A stretch of DNA of 64,000 bases from Candidatus Latescibacterota bacterium (GCA_965116885.1 OZ220741.1:2560001-2624000); one strand, 5' to 3'; shown: positions 47,879 to 57,426, counted from the first letter of the stretch. Notes: generated by a model from the letters alone, not told the origin. Made by a program: numbers and translations.

Positions 47879-48530
47879 ATTCGTCTTTGTGAATTAGAAT
47901 CACATCGGCTCCGATGAATTCGATTTCTGTTTTATAGGTGTTTCCCAACCATTCAAATGTTGGTTTTGAAAAAAAGCAGATGTGTGTTGGGTCTCTTTTG
48001 TAATGCCAATTTTCAAATGCGGATTTGTCAATTGCGAGTTTGGTCATGATGCCGAGTATGCCGCCTGGCTTTATAAGGCGATAAAGTCTTTGTAATTCAT
48101 ATTGCGGGTTTTTCAGGTGTTCGACGACTTCTGTTGCGGTTACAAAGTCGTATTCGCGCTGGAAGACTTCGGGGTTGTGCGCGTAAAATTTGTCGTATAT
48201 TTCGACGGTATGTCCATGCTCTTGAAGCATAAGGGATAATGTCGGTCCGGGACCGCATCCGAAATCCAGGCCGTGCGCGCGTTTGGGTAGGCGCGCTTTT
48301 AAAGGGTTGCAAATTCGCGATAAAAATGTCCTGTATTTTGGGTCTGCGGGGTCGTTTTTGTGCAGGTCGTAGCGTTGTTTTTCCTCTTGTTCTGATAGGT
48401 GAAACGTTTTGGGTACAAAGATGAGAGAACAATCCGTACAGGTCAGATATTCCCTGAATGCGTCGCGGAGATAGTGGGTTGTGTTCTGGCTTTTGCAAAG
48501 CGGACAGGTGTCCGCTGGAGAGTTGTGCAT
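47877..48530 (-). CDS. Class I SAM-dependent methyltransferase with N-terminal Zn ribbon
   Basis: CPLC..CTDC; GLDFGCGPG; TEVVEH; DPTHICFFS. Confidence 0.9.
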   Translation of the reverse strand: MHNSPADTCPLCKSQNTTHYLRDAFREYLTCTDCSLIFVPKTFHLSEQEEKQRYDLHKNDPADPKYRTFLSRICNPLKARLPKRAHGLDFGCGPGPTLSLMLQEHGHTVEIYDKFYAHNPEVFQREYDFVTATEVVEHLKNPQYELQRLYRLIKPGGILGIMTKLAIDKSAFENWHYKRDPTHICFFSKPTFEWLGNTYKTEIEFIGADVILIHKDE

Positions 48531-48660
48531 AGTGTAGATTAAATGATGTGGCGTCTCAAAATCCCATTGTATTATTCGCGCAATCAGAATATCTTTGGCT
48601 CCGACCCTGCATAAGGTAACAATTTATCCATTTTTCACAATATACAAAACGGAGATTTTC

Positions 48661-50289
48661 ATGACTGGTTACGATGCTATGGCGCGTGTGCTCAAGGCAG
48701 AAGGCGTTGAGTTTCTGGTGGCTTTTCCCCATCAACACCTCATTGAGTCCGCGGCCAAAGTGGGTATTACCCCTATTATTTGTCGTCAGGAGCGCGCGGG
48801 TGTCAATATGGCCGATGGTTTTAGTCGCGTGTCCAATGGAAAAAGGTTTGGCGTTTTTACGATGCAGCAAGGTCCCGGCGCGGAGAATGCGTTTGGGGGC
48901 GTGGCGCAGGCGTATGCAGATTCGGTGCCTGTGTTGCACTTGCCCGGCGGGGAATCGCTGTTGCGCCAGGGTATTCATCCGACATTTGAAGCGGTGCGGA
49001 ATTACCGTCATATTACGAAGTGGGCGGCTCAAATATACGCGGTAGAGGATATTCCGGTTATGTTGCGTCGCGCGGTTGTGCAGATGAAGAGCGGGCGTTT
49101 GGGTCCCGTGTTGTTGGAGATGCCCAGAGAGGCTATGGCGGTCGAATATCCAGGTGAAGATGTCGCTTATTCGCCGGTTCAGATCCGACGCTCCGCTGCT
49201 GCGTCTGAGGATGTGCGGGATATGATTACAGATCTTCTCCGCGCTCACCGTCCGGTTATTATTGCGGGGCAGGGGGTGTTGTATGCCGAGGCGACGGAGG
49301 AGTTGATTGAGTTTGCGGAGTTGACGAGTATTCCCGTGATGACGACGCTTGCGGGCAAGAGTGTTTTTCCAGAGACGCATCCACTGTCACTGGGCACTGG
49401 CGGACACACGTACACGTTGATGGTTAAGCGGTTTTTGGAGACGATGGATTTTGGGCTGGGGATTGGTACAAGTTTTACGCGCAATACATTTACCACGCCT
49501 ATGCCAGAGGGGGTTCCTCTGGCTCAGGTGACGAATTGCGCGGAGGATATGGGCAAGGATTTCGAGGTTGCAGTGGGCGCACTGGGGGATGCCAAGCTGG
49601 TGTTGAGGCAGATGATTGAAGAGGTGAAGCGACAGGTTGGCGAGGGTGGGCGTGAGAATGATGCCGAGGACCGGGTTGCCGCTGTGACTCGGGAGTTTGC
49701 CGATTTGTGGGAGCCGCATTTTACGTCTGATGAAATTCCGATTAGTCCTTATCGCGTGATTCGTGAGTTGGAAAATGCGGTTGATGTGGGCAATACGATT
49801 ATTACCCACGATTCGGGTTATCCGCGCGATCAACTCGTTCCGACGTGGAAGCCTGTGACGCCGCGTGGGTACCTGGGGTGGGGCAAGTCAACGCAGCTGG
49901 GCTATGGTTTGGGGCTGGCGTTGGGCGCGAAGTTGGCTGCGCCGGAGAGACAGGTGATCAATTTGATGGGCGATGCGGCGTTTGGGATGGCGGGGCTGGA
50001 TCTGGAGACGGGTGTTCGGGCAGAGATTCCGATTTTTACGGTTGTGCTCAATAATGGGGTGATGACAAAGTACGATTCGCATATGCCCTATGCGTCAGAT
50101 CGCTTTGGGAGCAATGAGATGAGCGGGAATTACGCCCAGGTGAGCGCGGGTTTGGGCACACATGCCGAGCGCGTGGATACGCCCGCAGAACTCGCACCCG
50201 CGATCCACCGTGCACTCGCCGCGAATAGAGAGGGCAAAACCGCTGTGCTGGAGGTGATGACCAAGGCAGAGCCAAATGTCCCGACGTGA
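48661..50289 (+). CDS. Thiamine pyrophosphate-requiring enzyme (acetolactate synthase-like family)
   Basis: RQERAGVNMADG; QGPGAEN; GDAAFGM..VLNN. Confidence 0.92.
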   Translation: MTGYDAMARVLKAEGVEFLVAFPHQHLIESAAKVGITPIICRQERAGVNMADGFSRVSNGKRFGVFTMQQGPGAENAFGGVAQAYADSVPVLHLPGGESLLRQGIHPTFEAVRNYRHITKWAAQIYAVEDIPVMLRRAVVQMKSGRLGPVLLEMPREAMAVEYPGEDVAYSPVQIRRSAAASEDVRDMITDLLRAHRPVIIAGQGVLYAEATEELIEFAELTSIPVMTTLAGKSVFPETHPLSLGTGGHTYTLMVKRFLETMDFGLGIGTSFTRNTFTTPMPEGVPLAQVTNCAEDMGKDFEVAVGALGDAKLVLRQMIEEVKRQVGEGGRENDAEDRVAAVTREFADLWEPHFTSDEIPISPYRVIRELENAVDVGNTIITHDSGYPRDQLVPTWKPVTPRGYLGWGKSTQLGYGLGLALGAKLAAPERQVINLMGDAAFGMAGLDLETGVRAEIPIFTVVLNNGVMTKYDSHMPYASDRFGSNEMSGNYAQVSAGLGTHAERVDTPAELAPAIHRALAANREGKTAVLEVMTKAEPNVPT

Positions 50290-50345
50290 TGTAGTGCGAG
50301 CAGGTAGTATTTCAACTTTTGCCAGATAATAGGTGGTGGTTCGGC

Positions 50346-50972
50346 ATGGACAGTGTTTTCATTTATTGGGACAATTCCAATATTTTTCATGAAGCACAAC
50401 GGCTGGCGGAGGAACGGCGCGAAGGCCCCAATGCCCGTTATCGCGTGCGTATCAACGTTGACAATATATTGCGCCTGGCGCATGCCGACCGCTCTTTGAA
50501 GAAGGCTCTCGCCGCTGGCTCTGTGCCGCCGGAGATGCGCCAGTTGTGGAACCGGATGGAGAGCAAGGGGGTGGAGGTTCATCTATTTGACCGGGGCGAA
50601 TCTGCGCGTGGCGAACAAGAAATGCCCGACCGGGTGTTGCAGTTGCGGATGCTGGAAGATGCGTTGGATTACAACGGCAATCCGGGTATTGTGGTGTTAT
50701 TGACGGGCGATGGCGCAGGTTATCTGGAAGGTGCAGGTTTTCACAGTACATTGGAGCGCATGCACAAGCGCGGTTGGCGGGTGGAAATCCTTTCCTGGAA
50801 GCATTCTTGCAACCAGCGGATGCGCAGATGGGCGCAGAAAAACGGCGTGTTTGTGGCGTTGGACGACTTTTATGAGGCCATTACGTTTATGGAGCCGTCC
50901 CGACCAGGGGCTGAGCTTGCGGTTCCACGCGATTCTGCGGAATTGGACTTGTCGAAAAGGCCGATGGCTTGA
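50346..50972 (+). CDS. NYN domain (PIN-fold) ribonuclease
   Basis: FIYWDNSNIF; AGSVPP; EQEMPD; VLLTGDG; GWRVEILSW. Confidence 0.85.
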   Translation: MDSVFIYWDNSNIFHEAQRLAEERREGPNARYRVRINVDNILRLAHADRSLKKALAAGSVPPEMRQLWNRMESKGVEVHLFDRGESARGEQEMPDRVLQLRMLEDALDYNGNPGIVVLLTGDGAGYLEGAGFHSTLERMHKRGWRVEILSWKHSCNQRMRRWAQKNGVFVALDDFYEAITFMEPSRPGAELAVPRDSAELDLSKRPMA

Positions 50973-50981
50973 TTGGGAATG

Positions 50982-51205
50982 TCTATTCACGTTAAATTGT
51001 CAAATTTTAGTGAATGGACGGACAAAATGGGCTCTATTCACGTTAAATTGCCAAATTTTAGTGAATGGATAGATCAAAATGGATGCCATTCATGGTAAAT
51101 TGTCAAATTTCAGTGAATAGATAGGCTAAAATGGGTTCTATTCATGGTAAATTGTCGAATATTAGTGAATAGATGGGTAAAATGGGTTCTATTCACGGTT
51201 TTTTT
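50982..51205. repeat. Tandem array of ~4.2 palindromic 51-52-bp units ending in a T-run
   Basis: Units start at 50982, 51033, 51085, 51137 and 51188. Consensus TCTATTCAYGKTAAATTGTCAAATTTTAGTGAATRGA plus a 14-15-nt linker containing AAAATGG. Confidence 0.92.
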
Positions 51206-51248
51206 AGATCAGGTGGCAAAAATTTCGTATGTGCAAGCCTTTCAACAT
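51204..51248 (-). pseudogene. Truncated 5' stub of an AAA/OLD/SMC-type ATPase gene
   Basis: SD GAGGAG then MLKGLHIRNFCHLI*, matching the typical M-x-x-x-L-x-I-x-N-F start; it ends at the repeat array. Confidence 0.4.
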
Positions 51249-51253
51249 CGCTT

Positions 51254-52033
51254 TCACTCCTCGCGTGGCGCGCCAGCCACTTGTAATGAAGTGCCGAGCA
51301 TTTGATTGTGTTTTATATCGGGATATTCCTGCCATTGTCGCCCGTCCAGTGTGTTGCCCCCAGCCTTGGGCGTGCGTCCTCCCCACTGCTTAAAGAAGAA
51401 AGCGACGTTTTGCGCCTGGCATTGATCGCGCAATTCACGCAACCACTCTATTTTGACCGGACGCGCTCCTGGTCCACTCTCCCCTCCAGCAATTACCCAA
51501 TGAATGTCCGTAAGATCCAACGAACCAAGCGCGTCGAGCAATGGCTCGAATGAAACAAAGCGCGTTGAGGCGTTGGTCTGTTTCAAGTGCCGCAGGCGCG
51601 TCATGGCTGCCGCGTTTTCGATGGAGACTCCGAGCCAGATATGTGGTGGAGCAGGCAGGTTCTCATAGCGTTGACGGACAAAATCGCGCATCAGTGAACT
51701 GCGCTTGGTCAGTACTTGATAGATGTGCCAATCCGCATGCTCCATTGTATCAAATACGCGATGGATGTACTGAGTTGGTATGTCCTTGTGGAACAGGTCG
51801 CTCATCGAATTGACAAAGATGAGTTGCGGACGCCGCCAGTGCCTGGGTTGCTCAAGGCGTTTGGGACGAAGCGTGAGATCAAAACCCGTCTCAAAGGGGT
51901 TGCCCTTAACGCCGCGGAAACGCTCCGATAATCGTTCGGCATAGCAATGATCGCAACCCGCACTCACTTTTGTGCAGCCAGTGACCGGGTTCCATGTGCT
52001 GTTGGTCCACTCAATAGTGCTTTTACGCGACAT
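51254..52033 (-). CDS. DUF5131 (phage Gp37/Gp68-like, radical-SAM-like) protein
   Basis: IEWTNSTWNPVTGCTKVSAGCDHCYA; FVNSMSDLFH; GGESGPGARP; FFFKQWGG. Promoter TTGCTC-N17-TATACT at 52110-52082. Confidence 0.93.
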   Translation of the reverse strand: MSRKSTIEWTNSTWNPVTGCTKVSAGCDHCYAERLSERFRGVKGNPFETGFDLTLRPKRLEQPRHWRRPQLIFVNSMSDLFHKDIPTQYIHRVFDTMEHADWHIYQVLTKRSSLMRDFVRQRYENLPAPPHIWLGVSIENAAAMTRLRHLKQTNASTRFVSFEPLLDALGSLDLTDIHWVIAGGESGPGARPVKIEWLRELRDQCQAQNVAFFFKQWGGRTPKAGGNTLDGRQWQEYPDIKHNQMLGTSLQVAGAPREE

Positions 52034-52287
52034 GTAATTCCCCTATGTGCCACTTGAAGCTTCTAAAGATTACTGCACATAAGTATAGTTTGTTCTTGCC
52101 GAAAGAGCAAGTATGTGGTATTTTCTCTCAAAAAAAGATAGGTTATATTCGGCTTATGATACTCAGCTAATGTGATGATGAGCCGAAGTCCCGCCGGTTA
52201 GGCAAATTAGTCTTACGACCTTGACAAATTGTCAATCTCAATCTAATTATATATGTCAACCTTTAATTGTACATTGGAGGTGGTTGC

Positions 52288-53376
52288 ATGAGTGAATCTC
52301 TTAATCAAGAGGTGTACAACCGCGATGGCAGTCTATTCAATGCACAAGTGTTTGATCTATTTTGCAGTATTGGAGGTTTGACCTATGGGCTAAAAAGGGC
52401 TGGAATTGAGGTCAACGCAGGGCTGGATATTGATGGTTCGTGCCGTTACGCTTATGAAAATAACTGCGAAGCGACTTTTATTGAAGCAGATATTAGGGAA
52501 ATCTCTTTTGCTGATATTTCAGGGTATTTTAACGATGCGGAATATCGCGTGCTTGTCGGTTGCGCGCCCTGTCAACCTTTCTCCAGCCACACGGCCAAAA
52601 TGAAGTCTATTGAGTCGGATTCGAGGTGGAATCTGATTGATGAATTTCTGAGAATAATTCTTGAAGGCAGGCCAGAGATTATCTCAATGGAGAATGTGCC
52701 TCAACTCATGGATAAACCGATTTACAATAAGTTTAAGCGCGAATTAGCCGATGCAGGGTATAGTGTTTCTGATGGGGTTATATCCTGTGCCGATTTCGGG
52801 GTTCCGCAAAGTCGAAGCCGTTTGGTTATGCTGGGATCTTTGTTGGGCAGAATTGATATGCCGAAATCCGGTGCCCAAAAGTCCAAAACGGTTAGACAAG
52901 CAATTGGACACCTCGCACCTCTTAAGCACGGGCAATCAAGCGAGACCGATCCTTTGCATGTTTGTTCTCGATTAGAGCCAATAAACTTGGAACGCATCCG
53001 GCGCTCTAAGCCCGGTGGGACTTGGCGAGATTGGCCTACTGAACTATTGCCAGATTGCTATAAGAAAGCCAGCGGCTTAAGCTATGGGAGCGTTTACGGA
53101 CGTATGCAGTGGGACATGCCAGCACCTACGCTGACCACGCAATTTTATCGCTATGGAACCGGACGCTATGGGCATCCAGAACAAGACAGAGCTTTGAGCT
53201 TGAGAGAAGGTGCAATTCTCCAAACTTTTCCAGGGCGATATCAGTTTGTTGCTCCCGGTGAAAAAGCGTCATTTTCGAGAATTGGTCGTCAAATCGGCAA
53301 TGCTGTTCCGCCATCTTTGGCTTATGCTATTGGGAAAGCAATTACAGGTCATTTGAAAAAACATGCCCCTGAATGA
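52288..53376 (+). CDS. C5 DNA cytosine methyltransferase
   Basis: Motif I DLFCSIGG; IV GCAPCQPFS; VI MENV; VIII PQSRSR; IX RALSLRE; X QIGNAVPP. Confidence 0.95.
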   Translation: MSESLNQEVYNRDGSLFNAQVFDLFCSIGGLTYGLKRAGIEVNAGLDIDGSCRYAYENNCEATFIEADIREISFADISGYFNDAEYRVLVGCAPCQPFSSHTAKMKSIESDSRWNLIDEFLRIILEGRPEIISMENVPQLMDKPIYNKFKRELADAGYSVSDGVISCADFGVPQSRSRLVMLGSLLGRIDMPKSGAQKSKTVRQAIGHLAPLKHGQSSETDPLHVCSRLEPINLERIRRSKPGGTWRDWPTELLPDCYKKASGLSYGSVYGRMQWDMPAPTLTTQFYRYGTGRYGHPEQDRALSLREGAILQTFPGRYQFVAPGEKASFSRIGRQIGNAVPPSLAYAIGKAITGHLKKHAPE

Positions 53377-53401
53377 TTTAATCAGGGGAGGACTGAAAGA
53401 C

Positions 53402-55375
53402 ATGCCTGAAAAATACACTCTGGACATTGATTTAAATGTACTCAATCATTTGGGATTGAACCTGTATAGCAATGTCCCTGCGGTCCTATCTGAACTAATT
53501 GCCAATGCTTGGGATGCCGATGCTTCTCGGGTAGATGTATCTGTAAAAGAACAGGGTGAAGATAAAAGAATTATCATTCAAGACAATGGCTGTGGGATGA
53601 ATGATGCAGATTTACGTAAGAAATTTCTAACCGTTGGTTATCAACGCCGGAGCACAGGAAGTGGTGATCAAACACCGGGCAAAGGACGGCCCGTTATGGG
53701 AAGAAAGGGCATTGGTAAGCTGTCAGTCTTGTCTATTGCTCGGAAAGTCTATGTCTATACAAAAAAAGAGGGCACCGACCCTCTGGCAATTGAGTTAGAA
53801 GTTGAAAGAATTCAAGAGGCAATTCGAAGAAAACAAAAATACCATCCCCCTGTTATAAATGTGCCAGAGGATATTAATCTTGGAAGTTCTGGTACCGTAC
53901 TCGTTCTGAGCGATCTTAAGAAAAGGGTTAATGCATCGCTTGACACCTATCTGCGTCAGCGCGTAGCTCGTCGTTTTTCGATTATTTCCAAAGACTTTCA
54001 AGTGTTTGTTAATGATGATGAGATAACAATAAATGACAGGAACTATTTCGGAAAACTGGAATATGCATTGGTGTACGGCGATTTTGAAAAGTCCAATTTT
54101 AAGCAAGCTGAGAGATATGTGGTTCAACGAGAGGAAAACACAGTAGATGAGCAAGGGCAATATTCTGTCCGTGGCTGGATTGGCTTGGTCAAAGAATCAG
54201 GAGCATTGCAGGATGGCGCGGATAATTTGAACAAAATATCCATACTCGCCAGGGGGAAGGTTGCCTTGGAAGATATTCTGGATTCCTATCGAGAAGGTGG
54301 CTTATATACAAAATATGTTATAGGCGAGTTGGAGGCCGACTTCCTTGATTTAACAGAGAAAGACGATATTGCCACATCCAGCAGACAGGATTTTATTCAG
54401 AGCGATGAACGATTTGTTCAATTGAGGGAATTTGTCGAACAGGAACTAAAATATTTGGCAAACGCACGAGTAAAACTAAAGGATGAAGAAGGGGCGAAGA
54501 AAGCCAGTGAAATCCCTGCTGTCAAGGAATGGTACGAGTCATTACAGGGAGATACTAAAACATCCGCCCAAAAACTATTCGGCAGAATTAACCAAATAGC
54601 AACCGACGAAGACCACAGAAAAACGCTTTATAAACATGGGGTTTTGGCGTTTGAACACTTGCACCATAAGGAAAAACTAAACGAACTGGAACAGCTTGAT
54701 ATCAACAATCTTGAGGTTGCTGTAAAGCTCTTTTCCGAGTTAGATGATATAGAAGCATCGTGGTATTACCAGATTACGGAAGGTCGTTTAGATATAATTA
54801 AAAAATTGTCTGATCACATTGATGATGATGTGCTGGAGAAAGTTATACAACGTCATATTTATAATCATCTCTGGCTATTGGACCCATCGTGGGATAGAGC
54901 TACGGAAACCCCCACATTAGAACAGTCTGTTACTACGGAGTTTAAGAAAATTTCCGACAAATTGACCCCTGAAGAAAAACAGGGGCGTCTGGATATTAGA
55001 TACAAGAAAACATCGGGTAAGCATGTGATTATTGAGTTGAAAAGAGGATCTGTTAGGACTTCTACGGGTGCTCTCATAGACCAAGTCAAGAAATACATAC
55101 GAGCATTGAGGAAACAGTTACGGGAAGCAAGGGAAAGTGAATCTATAGAGGCGATTTGTCTGGTCGGAAAAGAACTCAGTGATTGGGAAGATTTAGAAAG
55201 CCGACAAGAGTCGGAACGATCTTTGGAAGCAATGCATATCCGCGTAATTACCTATCAGCAACTGATCCGCGATGCCGAAGCAAGCTACCAACAGTATCTC
55301 GAAAAGAAAAAAGATAAAGGCAGGATTAAAAAGATATTAGATGAGATTGAAACCTTTGATAGCTCTACATTCTGA
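53402..55375 (+). CDS. GHKL ATPase plus C-terminal PD-(D/E)xK nuclease; probable restriction endonuclease (HgiDII/BbrUII-like)
   Basis: ELIANAWDADA; DNGCGM; GRKGIGKLS; HLWLLDPSW; RLDI..IIELKR. Directly downstream of the MTase. Confidence 0.8.
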   Translation: MPEKYTLDIDLNVLNHLGLNLYSNVPAVLSELIANAWDADASRVDVSVKEQGEDKRIIIQDNGCGMNDADLRKKFLTVGYQRRSTGSGDQTPGKGRPVMGRKGIGKLSVLSIARKVYVYTKKEGTDPLAIELEVERIQEAIRRKQKYHPPVINVPEDINLGSSGTVLVLSDLKKRVNASLDTYLRQRVARRFSIISKDFQVFVNDDEITINDRNYFGKLEYALVYGDFEKSNFKQAERYVVQREENTVDEQGQYSVRGWIGLVKESGALQDGADNLNKISILARGKVALEDILDSYREGGLYTKYVIGELEADFLDLTEKDDIATSSRQDFIQSDERFVQLREFVEQELKYLANARVKLKDEEGAKKASEIPAVKEWYESLQGDTKTSAQKLFGRINQIATDEDHRKTLYKHGVLAFEHLHHKEKLNELEQLDINNLEVAVKLFSELDDIEASWYYQITEGRLDIIKKLSDHIDDDVLEKVIQRHIYNHLWLLDPSWDRATETPTLEQSVTTEFKKISDKLTPEEKQGRLDIRYKKTSGKHVIIELKRGSVRTSTGALIDQVKKYIRALRKQLREARESESIEAICLVGKELSDWEDLESRQESERSLEAMHIRVITYQQLIRDAEASYQQYLEKKKDKGRIKKILDEIETFDSSTF

Positions 55376-55453
55376 CCTCTCCACCCCATTCGACCGTCAC
55401 TTAATCCGCGATTCAGATAGTATTCCCTTCACCTCACATCCTTCCCGTGCATC

Positions 55454-55570
55454 TCACATCTTCTTTTTCAATTGCTCAAACTTCCGATTCGCATCCATCA
55501 CTACCTTTTCAGCTTCAATTCCGGCGACAATGGCTTGTTGAGTTTCGCGTGGCGGCAGGGCGATCTTTAC
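55454..55570 (-). pseudogene. Relic C-terminus of a Type I HsdS or M-S fusion protein
   Basis: Hand translation VKIALPPRETQQAIVAGIEAEKVVMDANRKFEQLKKKM* resembles the HsdS IPLPP..EQ..IV conserved helix; no start codon or upstream frame. Confidence 0.6.
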
Positions 55571-55607
55571 GCGGTACTTATCTGTCAACCGTCAAGACTG
55601 TGTAGGG

Positions 55608-56534
55608 TTATGGGGACGAATTCCGAAAGCTCACGAAGCGATACTCCAGGAAATCACGAGACGGCCAATCTTCTCGTTCTCTTGGAAGCCGGAGTTGCGT
55701 TCCATCAAGGTCTTTGATAGCTGCCAGCAAGTCGCCATCTTCTTGATCGTGCAACTGCGACGATACCTGGACTCGGAAATCGGGGTCAATACCGATCAAG
55801 TGCCGATCAAAGGCGAGATGGTGCAGTGCAGACATGCAGATCCCATTCTGAATCGAAGGAGGGCCACCTTCGGCATCGGGTACAATATGGGCACCGACCA
55901 GCAATTCGCGTACCGGTAATCCGCTAAATGCACATCTCCATTGGTATGCCGTTTTAATACGAAAGCTAAACTTGGCTTGGTGGATTCTGGTGCGTGTCAT
56001 TGTCTGGGAATAGGAAGCTACAATGCTATCTCGTATTATGTTAGATGATCTGACTCCGGGAACCTCAAAGTCGTCTGTCGTCAGTAGCACGTATCCTTCT
56101 TCCTGCTTGAACTCTTTGATCCAGATCGGAAATATCGGCAGATACGTGGCTGGCGCAAGCCCCATAAAGTAGATAAGCGGTGCGCCTCGCCGCCTTGCGG
56201 CTAACAGTGCCTGATTGGTTGGGTTATTCGGTCCGCCGTGTGCGAGGTCATAACGAATCAGGCCGGTATCGTAGTCCAGGTTTGAATCGAGATCCTGATC
56301 GCGATACCATCGCGACCTTCCGATGCGAGGGACTGTCGTCTTGATGCTGAGAGCGGCACTCATCTGCTTCGGCTTGAAGATACCTGTCACCTTGTTGGCA
56401 AACAGCACACGTTCGCCGCCCACCTGGAAACCTGTCCTTATTGCCTCCCAGGGAACCTGCTCGCCCCACTGACGCGAAATTTTTTCAATGGCGGCTAATG
56501 CTGCAGCGCGAATATGTTTATCTGGATCGGTCAT
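55608..56534 (-). CDS. HNH endonuclease with SRA-like N-terminal domain (putative modification-dependent restriction enzyme)
   Basis: C-terminal RIHQAKF..CAFSG..GAHIVP..NGICMSALHHLAFD; N-terminal GIFKP..ALSI..N.AL..PLIYF. Confidence 0.8.
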   Translation of the reverse strand: MTDPDKHIRAAALAAIEKISRQWGEQVPWEAIRTGFQVGGERVLFANKVTGIFKPKQMSAALSIKTTVPRIGRSRWYRDQDLDSNLDYDTGLIRYDLAHGGPNNPTNQALLAARRRGAPLIYFMGLAPATYLPIFPIWIKEFKQEEGYVLLTTDDFEVPGVRSSNIIRDSIVASYSQTMTRTRIHQAKFSFRIKTAYQWRCAFSGLPVRELLVGAHIVPDAEGGPPSIQNGICMSALHHLAFDRHLIGIDPDFRVQVSSQLHDQEDGDLLAAIKDLDGTQLRLPREREDWPSRDFLEYRFVSFRNSSP

Positions 56535-57406
56535 CTCTCACCCGATAACTCCGCATACTCAATTTCCAGTGGCTGGGTGATTCGGTTTGTTAATTCTATG
56601 AGATCTGGCCGGTTGGGTGGGAAATCTTTTTCCATCTTTCCATCGGGATACACGGTAACAGTGTCTATCCTTTTTATGAATCCCTTTTTGGCTGTCGCTC
56701 GATTGAACTGGAGGCCGTCTTTTGAAATTGCCATGCGAGTCTGTAAAATGCGTCCCTCGCCGATAATGCGAAAAAGAAAGCCCAGGATGCCGGATGTTGG
56801 GCGGCCTGTAAGCCCGTTGATCTCGTCATAGGCAACCCAATTTCCAAAATCCAGCAGTCGATAGGACATCACCCGCCGATTGGTTACTTTGAGATTTGGG
56901 GTCGAAAGCGTATCCATGTACGAATACCGATCCGGCTTGCCGGGCTGGTCTTCCCACCAGATTCGTACATTTACTGCCAGTTCTGGCGTTGGGGCTTCCA
57001 CTATCTCGCGGATGACGCGATCTATTCGATAATCTACTTCCATATTCTGTTTGTGTTGATAGGATAACTGCGCGTATTGGGGCATCGCGTCTTCCGGGCG
57101 TGCGGTCACTTCCATAAATGCCCGAAACCAGTTTTCGTACCCGATAAATAGCGGCAGTCCCTGCGGGTCGCGCGCCCTTGCCTTCTGTGCGAGATAAAGG
57201 ATCATCTCCCCCTGAAACCGCACACCATTGGTCGTTGCTGTCGGGTCGTAATTGCCACACTGCCGCATTGCCTCTACGATCTCTGCCCGACTCACCACCT
57301 GATACCCCGGACGCACGCCGTCTGCACATGCTGGTCGATCCAAAAAAAAGAAAAAACAAAGGAGGGTTGCGATTCTCAACCCTCCTTTGTTGTGAAAGCT
57401 CGTCAT
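56531..57406 (-). CDS. Hypothetical exported protein
   Basis: SD AGGGA; signal-peptide-like N-terminus; 291-aa frame coupled to the HNH gene by an ATGA overlap. Confidence 0.65.
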   Translation of the reverse strand: MTSFHNKGGLRIATLLCFFFFLDRPACADGVRPGYQVVSRAEIVEAMRQCGNYDPTATTNGVRFQGEMILYLAQKARARDPQGLPLFIGYENWFRAFMEVTARPEDAMPQYAQLSYQHKQNMEVDYRIDRVIREIVEAPTPELAVNVRIWWEDQPGKPDRYSYMDTLSTPNLKVTNRRVMSYRLLDFGNWVAYDEINGLTGRPTSGILGFLFRIIGEGRILQTRMAISKDGLQFNRATAKKGFIKRIDTVTVYPDGKMEKDFPPNRPDLIELTNRITQPLEIEYAELSGER

Positions 57407-57426
57407 ATTATCCCTCGCTACGCGGT

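Noticed and set aside
50982..51205. CRISPR array
   Set aside because: The linkers are only 14-15 nt and resemble each other (all contain AAAATGG), the repeats are degenerate, and no cas genes are present.
51254..52033. Prophage, suggested by the phage Gp37/Gp68 label
   Set aside because: No structural, replication or integrase genes are nearby; the context is restriction/defence.
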